The position numbers and the translations under genes were made by a program. From positions 641,194 through 705,193 of the forward strand of contig CAVUKB010000004.1 in the NCBI GenBank assembly GCA_963741955.1: a DNA stretch of 64,000 bases, in the 5' to 3' direction. The notes beneath the pieces were generated by a model. The model ran no database searches, was not told the origin of the DNA, and saw nothing but the letters and a program-made list of their open reading frames with translations. Below are positions 27,805-38,043 of this stretch, piece by piece. The first letter of the stretch is position 1. The number at the start of each line of letters is the position of its first letter. This stretch comes from an uncultured Acidobacteriota bacterium. GTDB taxonomy: Bacteria; Acidobacteriota; Thermoanaerobaculia; Gp7-AA8.

Positions 27805-30800
27805 CTATTTCGAAACGCCGACGACCACGCTGGCCGTTCTCCCGAAGACTTCCGGTTCGTACATCTCTTCGGCATGCGTCGGGCCGGTGATGAATGTTCC
27901 GGCGGTCGTGGCGCGCAGAACGTACGTGTACTCGTGGACTCCCTCGGAGAGACGGGTGGCGAAGACGTCGACGCGGTCGTCGTGCCGCTCGACGTGATCG
28001 AATCCGCCGCGCTTCCACCAATCCAGCCAGTCACCTTCGTTCGACTGCTGCTGGGCTTCCACCAGAGTGGTGGCAGTCGTGGCGAACATCGTCTCGACCG
28101 GCTCGAAGCCCGCCGGGATCGGATCCGTGACTGCCACCCATCGTCGCTCTTTGCTCAGGGTGAGACGCAATGTCACGCGTAGCAGGTCGCCCGCGGCAAC
28201 GCTCGTCACGTCCTTTCCGTCACCCTTCAGGAGGGTGTAATGCCGCTCCACGCGGATTCCCTGATCGAGAGCATCCAGGTGCGGGTCGGAGCTCGCGTAA
28301 CGGAGACGGGCGGCGTAGAAGAGGGTGCCGGTGCCGCTCTTGGAAAATACGAGCGGCTGCGCAGCTTCGTCGGTTGCGGCGAGAAGCTTCGACATCGGAA
28401 CGTCGTCGGACTTCGATTCGGTCGAGCGTCCCTCGAAGCTGTCGCTCACCAGTGGCGTCTGGCCGAGCGAGACCGACGCCTGGAAGTCGGGGACCTCCGA
28501 TTCATACCGCTTGTAGTAGTCGACCAGAGCCTCCATCACCAACGCGTTCTCCTGGGTGTTGCTCCACCGACCTTTCTTTCTCTCGGAGAGAAGCCACCGC
28601 ACCATCCGCGGCGCGAGCTCCGCATCCTGATCGGATTCGACGAGCGAACGGAGAACCACCGCCGTCGATCGCACGTTCGAGTTCCAGAACAGGAGGAGGT
28701 ACGGGTCGTTGAGCTCTTCGACGTGCGCGGTCCCTCCTTCCGGGAGAATCGCGTTGGTCATCCGGCGTCGCAGCTCAGAGGCCCGGCTCGAACCGCCCTT
28801 CGTGGAGATGGCATCGTGCAGGTACGCGAGCGCGAACACCGGCATCCGATCGAGTGAGGCCCAGAGCCGGTTGATCGCGCTCTCTTCGTTCCGGCCGCCG
28901 GCCGTGAGCACTTTCACCGCATACGCCTGCCAGGCGAGCCAGGAGGGTCTCCACGCCGGATCTTCCGGAGCGGACGCAGAGAGCTGGCGTTCGAGATAGT
29001 CGTAAGCCCGACCGAGTGCCGCCTGGTCGACGGTATACCCGAGCGTGCCGGCGCGCTGATAGACGTGAACGATGTAGCTGGTGAGGAACGGCGACTCGAA
29101 CCTGCACTCGCCTTTCCAGTATGCGAAGCCTCCGTCGTCGCACTGGAAGGTTTCGAGCTCGCGCAGCGACTGCTGAGCCGTCACCTTCAATTGGTCAGGC
29201 TCGATCCCCGGGAGGCGGAATGCTTCGCCGAGGTCGGAAGCGAGGATCAGCCCGAGCGTCCGCGATGAGCGCTGTTCCGCACATCCGTACGGATACTCGA
29301 CGAGGTAACGAGCACCTTCACCGAGTCCGACCAGGGCGGTCGATGAGAGCTCCACGTGCAGTCCCCCGAACGAGGGGATGACATCCTTCGGGGCGCTCAG
29401 TTGCTCGACCGCCTTCTCTTTCGTCTGTCCGTAGGCCGCGACGGTTTCGGGTGAGACCGGGATCTCGACCGGGATGGAATCTTCGAAAGCGTCGCTCTCT
29501 CGCCCCATCCGCACCGACATCTGCATTCGGGCACGACCGACCGCGCGTGCCACGGCGTCGAAGCGGACTTCGGCCGAGCCGTTCGCGTCGACATGCACGC
29601 GTCGAGTGGTCTCGGCCGGAAAATCGAGGATGGAAGGATCGAGACTGCGGATGGTGACGGTCGCGTCGCCGGCCCGTTTCAACTGGCTGTGGACCACCGC
29701 ACCGAAATGCGCCTTGTCGCCGACGTTGAGGAACCGCGGCCAGGTCGAGGTGAGAAGGACTGGCTTGTTGATACGGATCTCGCTCTCGCCGCGTCCGAAG
29801 CGCGATGCTTTGTCCGCTGCGACGGCCATGATCCGGTACGTCGTGAGCGATTCGGGGAGGGTGATGGTGGTGCGCGCGCGACCGCGGCGGTCCGTGATCA
29901 CCGATCCGACCCAGAAAGCGAGAACGCGGAAGTCTTTCCGCACCATCCCCGGTCCGCCGTCCTGACCTCCTCCGCCACCCTCATCGGCCCCTTTCGGGGT
30001 GAGGACCCGACGGCTGATGATCTTCTGCCTCGAATCTTCGTTGAACACCTGGAGAGACTTCGGGACCCAGACCGACTCGAGAATATCCGGCGTCCGGTAG
30101 GCCGTGAGGGAGAGCACGCCATAGTCGACGGCCCACAAGGTCACTTCAGCGGCGGCAGGCTTTCCCGACGCGTCCTTCACCGTGACGTCGATTCCGGCCT
30201 TCGTCGCCGGACGGTATTCGTCGCGGTTCGCTTTCACGTCGACGTCGAGACGTTTCGACGCGTCGTCGACGGTGAGCTCTGTGTAACCGAGGCGGAACGC
30301 CGGCTTCCCGGGATCGTTCCCGCTCTCGTCGGCCGCCTCACGCGTCCGCCCTTTCACGAGGAGCACCGAGACGAAGACGTTCGGGATGTCGGCTTCGGTG
30401 ACGGGGATCTCGACCGTCTGCTGAGTCGACGTCAGCGTGAATTCGCGATGGGTGCGGACACCTTCGCGCTCGGTGGTGAGGAGAGCCGTCGCCGTCTCCC
30501 AGGGTGACTTGATCATGATCCGCGCGTGCTCGCCCGGTTTGTAGTGCGTCCGTTCGGGCACGAGGTCGATCCGGTTGTGGTCGTACCGCTGCCACGCGGT
30601 ATAGCCGGCACCGATGCCGTAGAAACTCGTATAGGTGCGGGTGAAGCGACCGTCGCCGTCGCGCGCGGTGGCCTTCAGGACGTAGTACCCACCCTCGTCG
30701 AGGGGAATGTGGAGCGGCACCGGCTCGGCTCTGGTGGTGACCTTCCACTCTCCTGAAGGAACTGCCTCTCGTTCCCAGTCCCAGGTGTAGAACCCGTTGC

Positions 30801-33540
30801 CTTCGGCGCGCCGGACGCTGTGCCACTGAATCCGCGTGAGGGTCAGGTCTACCGTGACTCCGGAAGCGGTCGTTCCATCGAGGTTCGCGGCCACGACCTC
30901 GGTGTCGGCTCCCTTCGTCGCGTCGACGAAGAACGGGAGCGACTCGAGACCGACGTACCAGGGCGCCGGGTGCACCACCACCGCGCCGCGGTTTGCGATC
31001 TTCTGGCGCGAGACGTCGCCGACTTCCGCTTCGAGCTGATACCGCCACGGCAGCCCTTCGTCGTCGGAGGTTTGAATGGTCGTGGTCCAGACGCCGTTCG
31101 CATCGAGAACGGCCTCGCCGGAGCCGAGCTCGATCGTCCCGTCGATCCACTCTTCACTTCCTGGATCTCGCCCGAGGAATTCCCACGACCCTTCCGGAAA
31201 GCGGTTCTCGATCTCCGCGGGAACGCTCCAGACGCGATCTTTCGTGTAGCGCCACGTGAGAGGGCGTGCGGACATCGGAGCGCCGAAGAGGTAACGCGAT
31301 TCGACGCGTCCGTTCAGCGCCATTCCGGTGATCGGGTTCTCCGTCGAAACGTTCACGTCGACCCGAAACTCGGGACGCCGGTACGCGGCCACGAGAAAGC
31401 TCCCCGTGACGGCGTTCTTCATTTCTCCCGTGCGTGCGGTGACTGCGTAGCTCCCCAGCCTGGCAGTGTCGGGAATGCGGAAGGTCCAATCCGCGGAGCT
31501 CCAGTCACTGAGTTTCACCGTGCGCGCGTCCACCGGACCGTTCTGGCTGTCGGTGACGGCGATTGAGACCTCGGTTCCGGCCGGGAAGAGCTGCATCCCG
31601 GTCAGTTCGTCCTTTCTCAGGACCGCCTTCAGGTGGACCTCTTCACCCGGCTTGTAGACGCCGCGGTCGGAGAAGACGCTTCCGCGGATGAGCGGCCTCG
31701 ACTCCTCCGAATTGAATTCCACTCCGAAATCCCACGGCTGGACGCCTTCGTTCCAGTCGGAGGAGACGTAAGCGAGGTCGCCGCCTTTGCTCGCGGTGAC
31801 GATGAATGCGAATTTCCACCAATCGTCGTCCCGCGGGGTCCTCGGGCCCATCGCCACCCCGTCGGCAGCGGTGATCCCTTCCCATACCGTTCGATTGTCC
31901 GGAGTGATCATGCGCACGGTGGCTCCCTCGACGGGAGAGCCGTCGTCGAGACGGGTGACGAAGATCAGCGTGTTCACTGGGCTGTCCTTGACGGTGATGC
32001 CGAGGTTCGTGACCTGGACGAGAGTGGCGCGCGGCTCGGGGTTCGTGGCGTAGAAACTGGATCGAGGAATGGCCTTCTGGTCCTGGACTGCGACCCACGC
32101 CACGCCGGTGCTCGATCCGCCGAGCGCCGGCGAGAGGTCCATTCCATACGACTGGATTTGATCAGAGGTGACTTTCAGCCGCCGTTCGGTCGGCGGGACG
32201 GGAGGAGGTTGTTGATATCCGGCGGTCTCGAAGCGGACGATGGTCGGCATCAGCTCCGATGGATCGACGCGCATCTCCCACTGCTTCACCTCGACCAGAT
32301 TGCGGGCGTAGAAGGGAATCACTCTCCCCGCCGACGACTCCCACACACCGTGTCCGTCGCCGAAGCTCGAGTATGCGGGGTCGTGCCAGTACTCGACGAT
32401 TCCGAGCCAGTCGTAACCGAGGGCTTCGCCGTTATCGGCCAGGAGTGATCTCGAGATGCGTACGGCGTACGTGTGCGCGGGCTCGATCGAGTAGCCGAGA
32501 TCACTGAATCCGAAAGAGCTCGAGACGTCCTGGCCGGGATCGTCCGAGGGGTGCTGTTCGACGCGGAGGGGCTTCGCCGGATCGGTGATGTCGTCGATGG
32601 TCAGCGCCGCCCGAAGGGAGGCGAGGGAGACGGGGCGGGTGAGTGTCAGTGGGTTCCAGGAGTCGGAGACACACTGCTTCGTGCAGCGGAAGCCCTCGAC
32701 GAAAAGGGGTGGAGGGAGGGTGATCTTGTAGAGCTGCTGAACGCCGGGTGTGACGGGCCCGGCGGGAGAGGGTACCTTCCCGTCGATCCGGACCTGGAGC
32801 GTGGAGCCGGGGGGGATGCCCGGGCGGGTCGCCACAACGACGAGATCGGGGGAAGGCTTTCCGAGGAGCTCGAGGTTCCACGAATCGGGCACCCAGACGA
32901 GAACCGGCGAAGCCGACGACGCAGACGTCTTCACAGCGGCTGCTTTCGCTTCGTACAGGGCGAGAGCCTGCGGGTCGTCCTTCCGGAGTCGCGCGATGGC
33001 AGTCGCGCTCATCGCCGGCGGCTTGAATGCGTGAGGGACGAGCTGAAAAGAGAGATGAGAGAGAAGGCGATGCGGGTCGACGGCCTGATTGAAACGGAGA
33101 GCGACGTAGATCGGGGCGTCGGGGCGTCCGGGCTCGCGATACCACCTCGTGTCGAGGAGTCGCACGGAGGGCGTGGTGAAGGAAAACGAATATGGGCTGG
33201 AGAGCGTCGTGCCGCGAAGGGACTCCGCGCCGGTGCCGATCGCCACGGTATAGCGCGTGGCAAACGGAAGGGCGTGCGCGGGGGTGAAGATGAGGGTGTC
33301 CGTTCCGGACCATCGGAAGGATCCTTCGATCTTCGGATCGACCACGAACCACGGCGGAGCGACATTCTTCGGGATCTTCCCGAGCGCGACCATCGGTTCG
33401 GAAAAGATCACCGAGATCTCTCTGGCTTCTTCGAGCTTCGCGATCTCTCCGTTCGGTGTGGCCTTCAGAATCGTGAGGCCGGCGGCCTCTGCCGAGATGG
33501 GGAGCAGAGCGAGAGCGACCAGCGCGAGGATTCTTCGCAT
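27805..33540 (-). CDS. Bacterial alpha-2-macroglobulin
   Basis: SDRGVYKPGE, thioester YPYGCAEQ, WSNTQEN, AEEMYEPE; signal peptide; adjacent to pbpC. Confidence 0.95.
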   Translation of the reverse strand: MRRILALVALALLPISAEAAGLTILKATPNGEIAKLEEAREISVIFSEPMVALGKIPKNVAPPWFVVDPKIEGSFRWSGTDTLIFTPAHALPFATRYTVAIGTGAESLRGTTLSSPYSFSFTTPSVRLLDTRWYREPGRPDAPIYVALRFNQAVDPHRLLSHLSFQLVPHAFKPPAMSATAIARLRKDDPQALALYEAKAAAVKTSASSASPVLVWVPDSWNLELLGKPSPDLVVVATRPGIPPGSTLQVRIDGKVPSPAGPVTPGVQQLYKITLPPPLFVEGFRCTKQCVSDSWNPLTLTRPVSLASLRAALTIDDITDPAKPLRVEQHPSDDPGQDVSSSFGFSDLGYSIEPAHTYAVRISRSLLADNGEALGYDWLGIVEYWHDPAYSSFGDGHGVWESSAGRVIPFYARNLVEVKQWEMRVDPSELMPTIVRFETAGYQQPPPVPPTERRLKVTSDQIQSYGMDLSPALGGSSTGVAWVAVQDQKAIPRSSFYATNPEPRATLVQVTNLGITVKDSPVNTLIFVTRLDDGSPVEGATVRMITPDNRTVWEGITAADGVAMGPRTPRDDDWWKFAFIVTASKGGDLAYVSSDWNEGVQPWDFGVEFNSEESRPLIRGSVFSDRGVYKPGEEVHLKAVLRKDELTGMQLFPAGTEVSIAVTDSQNGPVDARTVKLSDWSSADWTFRIPDTARLGSYAVTARTGEMKNAVTGSFLVAAYRRPEFRVDVNVSTENPITGMALNGRVESRYLFGAPMSARPLTWRYTKDRVWSVPAEIENRFPEGSWEFLGRDPGSEEWIDGTIELGSGEAVLDANGVWTTTIQTSDDEGLPWRYQLEAEVGDVSRQKIANRGAVVVHPAPWYVGLESLPFFVDATKGADTEVVAANLDGTTASGVTVDLTLTRIQWHSVRRAEGNGFYTWDWEREAVPSGEWKVTTRAEPVPLHIPLDEGGYYVLKATARDGDGRFTRTYTSFYGIGAGYTAWQRYDHNRIDLVPERTHYKPGEHARIMIKSPWETATALLTTEREGVRTHREFTLTSTQQTVEIPVTEADIPNVFVSVLLVKGRTREAADESGNDPGKPAFRLGYTELTVDDASKRLDVDVKANRDEYRPATKAGIDVTVKDASGKPAAAEVTLWAVDYGVLSLTAYRTPDILESVWVPKSLQVFNEDSRQKIISRRVLTPKGADEGGGGGQDGGPGMVRKDFRVLAFWVGSVITDRRGRARTTITLPESLTTYRIMAVAADKASRFGRGESEIRINKPVLLTSTWPRFLNVGDKAHFGAVVHSQLKRAGDATVTIRSLDPSILDFPAETTRRVHVDANGSAEVRFDAVARAVGRARMQMSVRMGRESDAFEDSIPVEIPVSPETVAAYGQTKEKAVEQLSAPKDVIPSFGGLHVELSSTALVGLGEGARYLVEYPYGCAEQRSSRTLGLILASDLGEAFRLPGIEPDQLKVTAQQSLRELETFQCDDGGFAYWKGECRFESPFLTSYIVHVYQRAGTLGYTVDQAALGRAYDYLERQLSASAPEDPAWRPSWLAWQAYAVKVLTAGGRNEESAINRLWASLDRMPVFALAYLHDAISTKGGSSRASELRRRMTNAILPEGGTAHVEELNDPYLLLFWNSNVRSTAVVLRSLVESDQDAELAPRMVRWLLSERKKGRWSNTQENALVMEALVDYYKRYESEVPDFQASVSLGQTPLVSDSFEGRSTESKSDDVPMSKLLAATDEAAQPLVFSKSGTGTLFYAARLRYASSDPHLDALDQGIRVERHYTLLKGDGKDVTSVAAGDLLRVTLRLTLSKERRWVAVTDPIPAGFEPVETMFATTATTLVEAQQQSNEGDWLDWWKRGGFDHVERHDDRVDVFATRLSEGVHEYTYVLRATTAGTFITGPTHAEEMYEPEVFGRTASVVVGVSK

Positions 33541-33563
33541 GACTTCTCCTGTCGAGGCCTAAG

Positions 33564-33615
33564 CCCGCATTTCTCACCCCGCCTCCTCGCGACGAGACGG
33601 TGTGAGAAATGCGGG
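33564..33615. mobile_element. Internally deleted MITE family A copy
   Basis: CCCGCATTTCTCAC...GTGAGAAATGCGGG, 52 bp. Confidence 0.75.
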
Positions 33616-33922
33616 CTGGTGGGGACGAACTCGGTCGATTGTATGACAGGAGATGTGGGTTGAGAGTCGCGAGTTGCCAGTTGCGGGTTGCGGGAAGCGC
33701 AAATCCATCCATGCGGCTCCTCTTTCTTCGTGGAGCCCGAAGGCGACGCGTCATTCAACCGCCCCGCAGAGGGCAGATTATTCTGAATTTACAGCAAAAC
33801 GGCGCAGTTCGTTCGTCCTTTCCTGTATTTCGCAGAATATTGTTCTGCCGACGAAGCACGCGCGATGGACGCAAGCCATGAGCTCGCGTTCCCCGGCAAA
33901 CCCGCAACCCACCCCGCAATCC

Positions 33923-34087
33923 TCAGTCTTCTTCCTCGTAGTACCAGTAGGCGAGCCAGGCGACCGCGCCGACTGCGACCAGAGCCACCGTCGCATATCC
34001 TGCCATCTTCATCATTCTCTTCCGGCGATGAGCGCGGGCCAGCTTCTCGACGAATTTCTTCGGGCTGGTGATTTGAGCAGCTTTCAT
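33923..34087 (-). CDS. Small single-pass membrane protein
   Basis: AGGAG RBS; basic N-terminus, one TM helix, acidic tail (WYYEEED). Confidence 0.6.
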   Translation of the reverse strand: MKAAQITSPKKFVEKLARAHRRKRMMKMAGYATVALVAVGAVAWLAYWYYEEED

Positions 34088-34227
34088 GAATTTTCTCCTC
34101 TCTCTCACTGGCCATCGGCACGGATGGCTCGGGTCGAGCCAACGTGCAGGCCTCACACCAATTTATTGCCGGGGCCGCAGAGAATCGAGCGATTCGGATT
34201 CGAAGGAGCATCCGGGTCGCTCCGGAT

Positions 34228-35307
34228 TCACTTCGAGCGGTTCGCGGGGAGGTCAGAGGCCTTCCTCGCTCTCGATCCGTTCTTCTGATCGCTCTCCTGG
34301 GTCTGCTCCTTCAGCCTGATCACACGTGGCTCGAGGACCTGCCGGTACTGATAAAGCTCCTCCGCCGTCGCATCCGGATGGGTTCGAAGCCACTTCGTTG
34401 CATAGAGGTCACGGTCTGCAGCTTCGAGAATCTGTTCGATCGGGCCATTCGGGAGAAGCTCCGACACCCCGATTCCGAAACTCGCGTCTATCGAGATGGT
34501 CTCTTCCCCGGCCGTCCACCGAAGAGCGCCGATCAGACGCTTCAGCCGCGCGGCGAGAGCCCGGGCACTCCCTTCGACGACCTCCGTGACCAGCAGGATG
34601 AATTCGTCTCCGCCGTACCGGGCCACGACGTCCTCGTACCGCGTGGAACGGAGGAGGAGTGATCCGAGATCCCGCAGAATGGTGTCGCCGGTCAGATGTC
34701 CGTAGACATCGTTGATCTTCTTGAAGTCATCGAGGTCGAACAGAATCAGAGTGAACGGACGCTGCTCGACCAGGAGGCGATGTGCATGGTCGAAGAGGGT
34801 TCGCCGGTTCGCGAGTCCGGTGAGCTCGTCATGCGAGGCGAGTCCCTGCCATTCGCGAAGAGACTTGTTCAGCAGACGCTGGCGTGAGAGAAGGCGTTTG
34901 GCCGCCGCGACTTTCGCCGCAATCTCGATCTCCGAACATCCTTTGGAGAGAAAATCGTCGTATCCGGAAGTGAGCGCACGTATCTTCAGCGACAGGTCCT
35001 CGTGTCCGGTCAGCATGACCGCGTAGATGTCTTTGAGGCTCTCGTCGAGCCGCACCCGCGTGATCACCTCCAGCCCATCGAGGCGCGGCATCTCGAAGTC
35101 GCAGAAGAGAAAGTCGAACGCGCCGCTGCGAAGCTTCTCGAGCGCGTTTTCTCCGTCCGAGTTGCACTCACACTCCAGCCCGACGCGCCGGATCAACGAC
35201 TTCAGATAAACGCAGATTTCAGGATCGTCGTCGACGAGAAGCACCCGGATTGGAGAGTCAGTCCTGCTGTCCCTCGAGTCGCTTCTCCGCCGGCGGGGCG
35301 TATTCAT
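34228..35307 (-). CDS. Response regulator diguanylate cyclase (REC-GGDEF)
   Basis: VLLVDDD, DFEMP; DELTGLANRR, I-site RYED, intact GGDEF; AGGAG RBS. Confidence 0.92.
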   Translation of the reverse strand: MNTPRRRRSDSRDSRTDSPIRVLLVDDDPEICVYLKSLIRRVGLECECNSDGENALEKLRSGAFDFLFCDFEMPRLDGLEVITRVRLDESLKDIYAVMLTGHEDLSLKIRALTSGYDDFLSKGCSEIEIAAKVAAAKRLLSRQRLLNKSLREWQGLASHDELTGLANRRTLFDHAHRLLVEQRPFTLILFDLDDFKKINDVYGHLTGDTILRDLGSLLLRSTRYEDVVARYGGDEFILLVTEVVEGSARALAARLKRLIGALRWTAGEETISIDASFGIGVSELLPNGPIEQILEAADRDLYATKWLRTHPDATAEELYQYRQVLEPRVIRLKEQTQESDQKNGSRARKASDLPANRSK

Positions 35308-35395
35308 GAGTGATCTCCTGTGCAGGTCGGCATTCAACTTGCCTGCCAGACACAGCGAGACCCGTGCGCGCATGGGACCCGAGGATGGAAATGGA

Positions 35396-35830
35396 ATGAG
35401 TGAGCATCCGGCAGCCACGAGATCGAACTGCGTCCTGGTGGTCGACGACGACACGGCGGTTCGCAATCTCATCCGCATTTCCCTCGAACGGGAAAAGCTC
35501 GAGGTCGTCACTGCCCTGGATGGGCTGGAAGCGATCCAACACCTAGAGGACGAGAGGTGCAGCGTACTCATCCTCGACCTGATGATGCCGAGGGTGAGCG
35601 GATGGGAAGTGATCGAATGGCTGAAACTGCATCCCGAGCGCGCACCCCGTACGGTCGTCGTGGTGACCGCCGCGGACCGGGTGGTCTTCTCACAGCTCGA
35701 TCCTGAAGTGGTGAACGCAATCATCGTGAAGCCATTCGACGTGTACGAGCTTGCGGGGTACGTCAGCCGGTGTTGCGAAGCGCCCGTGGATCGCGACCGC
35801 CGGCAGAAGAGGCTGATCGGAGGCAATTGA
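35396..35830 (+). CDS. Single-domain response regulator
   Basis: VLVVDDD, LDLMMP, VTA, KPFD. Confidence 0.85.
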   Translation: MSEHPAATRSNCVLVVDDDTAVRNLIRISLEREKLEVVTALDGLEAIQHLEDERCSVLILDLMMPRVSGWEVIEWLKLHPERAPRTVVVVTAADRVVFSQLDPEVVNAIIVKPFDVYELAGYVSRCCEAPVDRDRRQKRLIGGN

Positions 35831-36159
35831 CGCCGGGAATGATCGGCGCATTCGCCGGTTCTCATGTCCGAAGATGGATTGCTGCGAAACTCCGGCGTTG
35901 AAGAAGACCAAGCGGCGGCTCTGGCTCGTGGTCGGAATCGGACTCGCTCTCGCACTCGCGTTCGCCCTCTGGAAGGGGAATCCCGTGCCGGAGCGTCATG
36001 ACCCGCCCGGAACGGTTGCGACGTCGACCCCGTGACCGGGGAGTACCGTGACTGCCGTCACTTGCAGCGGAGCGAGGGGTGACGTACCCTTCTGATGCGG
36101 CGTCACCCATCCGGAAACCTTTCGTGCATCGGCAGCGTCGCAGTCATTGACGGATCGAG

Positions 36160-36540
36160 ATGAAGAGACATCGACAGAGCACGACCCGAAGGCGTCTGGC
36201 CTTCACCGGCCCTTTGCTGGTCGGGCTTCTGTTGCTCGCGTTTCTGCCGCAGGGTCTTCTCTGCTGCTCGGTCGACATGACCGTGACGCAGCCGTCGACG
36301 ATGTCGGCTAGTTGCTGCATGCAGCACTGCGAGATGGCGGCACACGGACGGAGATCGAATCTCGCTCCAGTCGCCGTCGCCACTCCTTCCCCGGTTCTGT
36401 TCCACCCGGTTGCGCAAAGCTCCTCGGTGGCGTTGTTCACGCAGCGGGCATCGGATTCCTCCTTCGCGTCATGTTCTGATTCCTTCAGCCGCGCCGCCGA
36501 CGGCTCCCTGTACGTCCTCCACTCGCAACTCCTGATCTGA
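36160..36540 (+). CDS. Hypothetical Cys/Met-containing protein heading the efflux operon
   Basis: TM segment, CC and SCCMQHC motifs, C-terminal LYVLHSQLLI. Confidence 0.6.
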   Translation: MKRHRQSTTRRRLAFTGPLLVGLLLLAFLPQGLLCCSVDMTVTQPSTMSASCCMQHCEMAAHGRRSNLAPVAVATPSPVLFHPVAQSSSVALFTQRASDSSFASCSDSFSRAADGSLYVLHSQLLI

Positions 36541-36618
36541 TCAGGGCCGTAGTGTCTCTACGCGTCCGTGGGAGAGGTGTCTCTCTCCCGAACCCTGATC
36601 CTTCAGGAGGCTACCCAA

Positions 36619-38043
36619 GTGAGATCTCGAATCTTCGCGACGCTCGCATTTGCGGGTGTCGGGCTCCTCGGAATTTCCGGAGTCACTCGAGCTGCGGAGC
36701 AACCGCAGCAGACCACAGCAACCGACAGTTCATCCGCCCGGGTGGAAGTCTCGCCCCCTGCGGCTGAAGCTTCCCCCGCGGAGCGGATTGCCGCATCCAT
36801 CCAATCTCCCGAGTTGCGGGGCATCGCGGGTGAAGTGCTGCAACGGAATCCGGAGCTCGCAGCACTCCGTGCCAGGGCGAGAGCCGCTGCCGAGCGCGCG
36901 CCGCAGGTCAGCTCTCTCCCCGACCCGGCCGCCGCCATCACGCCATACATCCTCGCGCCCCAGACGCGTGTCGGCCCGCAGCAGGCGATGGTCACCCTCT
37001 CGCAGAAGTTTCCCTGGTTCGGGAAGCTGGCGTTGCGGGAGCGGGCAGCGCTCTACGGTGCGGCCGCGGCGCGTGCGAGCGCGGATGCACGAGCGCTGTC
37101 GCTGGTCACCGAGGCGCGCCGCCTCTGGTACGAGCTCGGATTCCTCGACCAGTGGGCGGCGGTCGTGCGCACCGATCGCGAAACGCTTCAGCAGTACGAG
37201 GAAGTCTCGCGAGCGCGATACGCGTCCGGCGCCGGACTCGAACAGGCAGTGATCAAGCTGCAGGCCGAGATCACGAAAGACGACAACCGCCTCCTCGACA
37301 TCGCCACGCGTCGCGCGAACGTCACCACCTCGCTCAACGCTCTTCGCAATGTTCCGCCGCTCACTCCGGTCGAGAATGCCGATCTCACTGCGCCGGCGGG
37401 GAAGATCGATTCGCCTCTCGACGCGTGGCGTTCGTACGCGCTCGCCAATCGTCCGGAGATCCGCCGCGCCAACGCAGAGATCGAGCAGGCCTCCACGATG
37501 GTCGAGCTCGCGAAGAAGGAGAATCTCCCCGACGTCACGGTCGGTCTCGGGTACACCTTCGTCGGCCCGCGGGAGGACGCCGCCGGGCGCACCATGCCGC
37601 CGGATGGCAACGGCAACGACATACTCGGTGTGACCGCCGGGATGAATCTCCCCATCTGGAGAAAGAGGATCGCGGCCGGAATCGAGGAAGCGGTTCAGAT
37701 GCGGAGCGCCGCGGAGGAGTCGAAGGTCGCGGTGGTCAATTCGATCGACCAGTCACTCGGCGATCTCATCCAGCGGATCGAGCTGACCCGGAAGCAGCTC
37801 GACCTCTTCCAGAACGTTCTCAGTATTCAGGCGGAACAGTCGCTTCGATCGGCCGAGGCGGGGTATGCAGCGGGGACACTGAACGCTCTCGATCTGCTCG
37901 ACTCCGAGCGGGTGCTGCTCGATGTCCGCACTTCGACCGCCCGCACCCGCGCCGACTACGACATCGCAATCGCAAGACTCGAAGGAACTGCGGCAGTGCC
38001 GGTCACTTCCGCCCAGAGCAACGGAGAATCCAATCATGACTGA
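36619..38043 (+). CDS. TolC family outer membrane efflux protein (CusC-like)
   Basis: AGGAGG RBS; SQKFPWFGKL, NLPIW, YAAG; two-repeat OEP pattern. Confidence 0.9.
   Translation: MRSRIFATLAFAGVGLLGISGVTRAAEQPQQTTATDSSSARVEVSPPAAEASPAERIAASIQSPELRGIAGEVLQRNPELAALRARARAAAERAPQVSSLPDPAAAITPYILAPQTRVGPQQAMVTLSQKFPWFGKLALRERAALYGAAAARASADARALSLVTEARRLWYELGFLDQWAAVVRTDRETLQQYEEVSRARYASGAGLEQAVIKLQAEITKDDNRLLDIATRRANVTTSLNALRNVPPLTPVENADLTAPAGKIDSPLDAWRSYALANRPEIRRANAEIEQASTMVELAKKENLPDVTVGLGYTFVGPREDAAGRTMPPDGNGNDILGVTAGMNLPIWRKRIAAGIEEAVQMRSAAEESKVAVVNSIDQSLGDLIQRIELTRKQLDLFQNVLSIQAEQSLRSAEAGYAAGTLNALDLLDSERVLLDVRTSTARTRADYDIAIARLEGTAAVPVTSAQSNGESNHD

Noticed and set aside
35308-35955. N-terminal extension of the diguanylate cyclase
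   Set aside because: Antisense to the divergent response regulator; the RBS supports the start at 35307.
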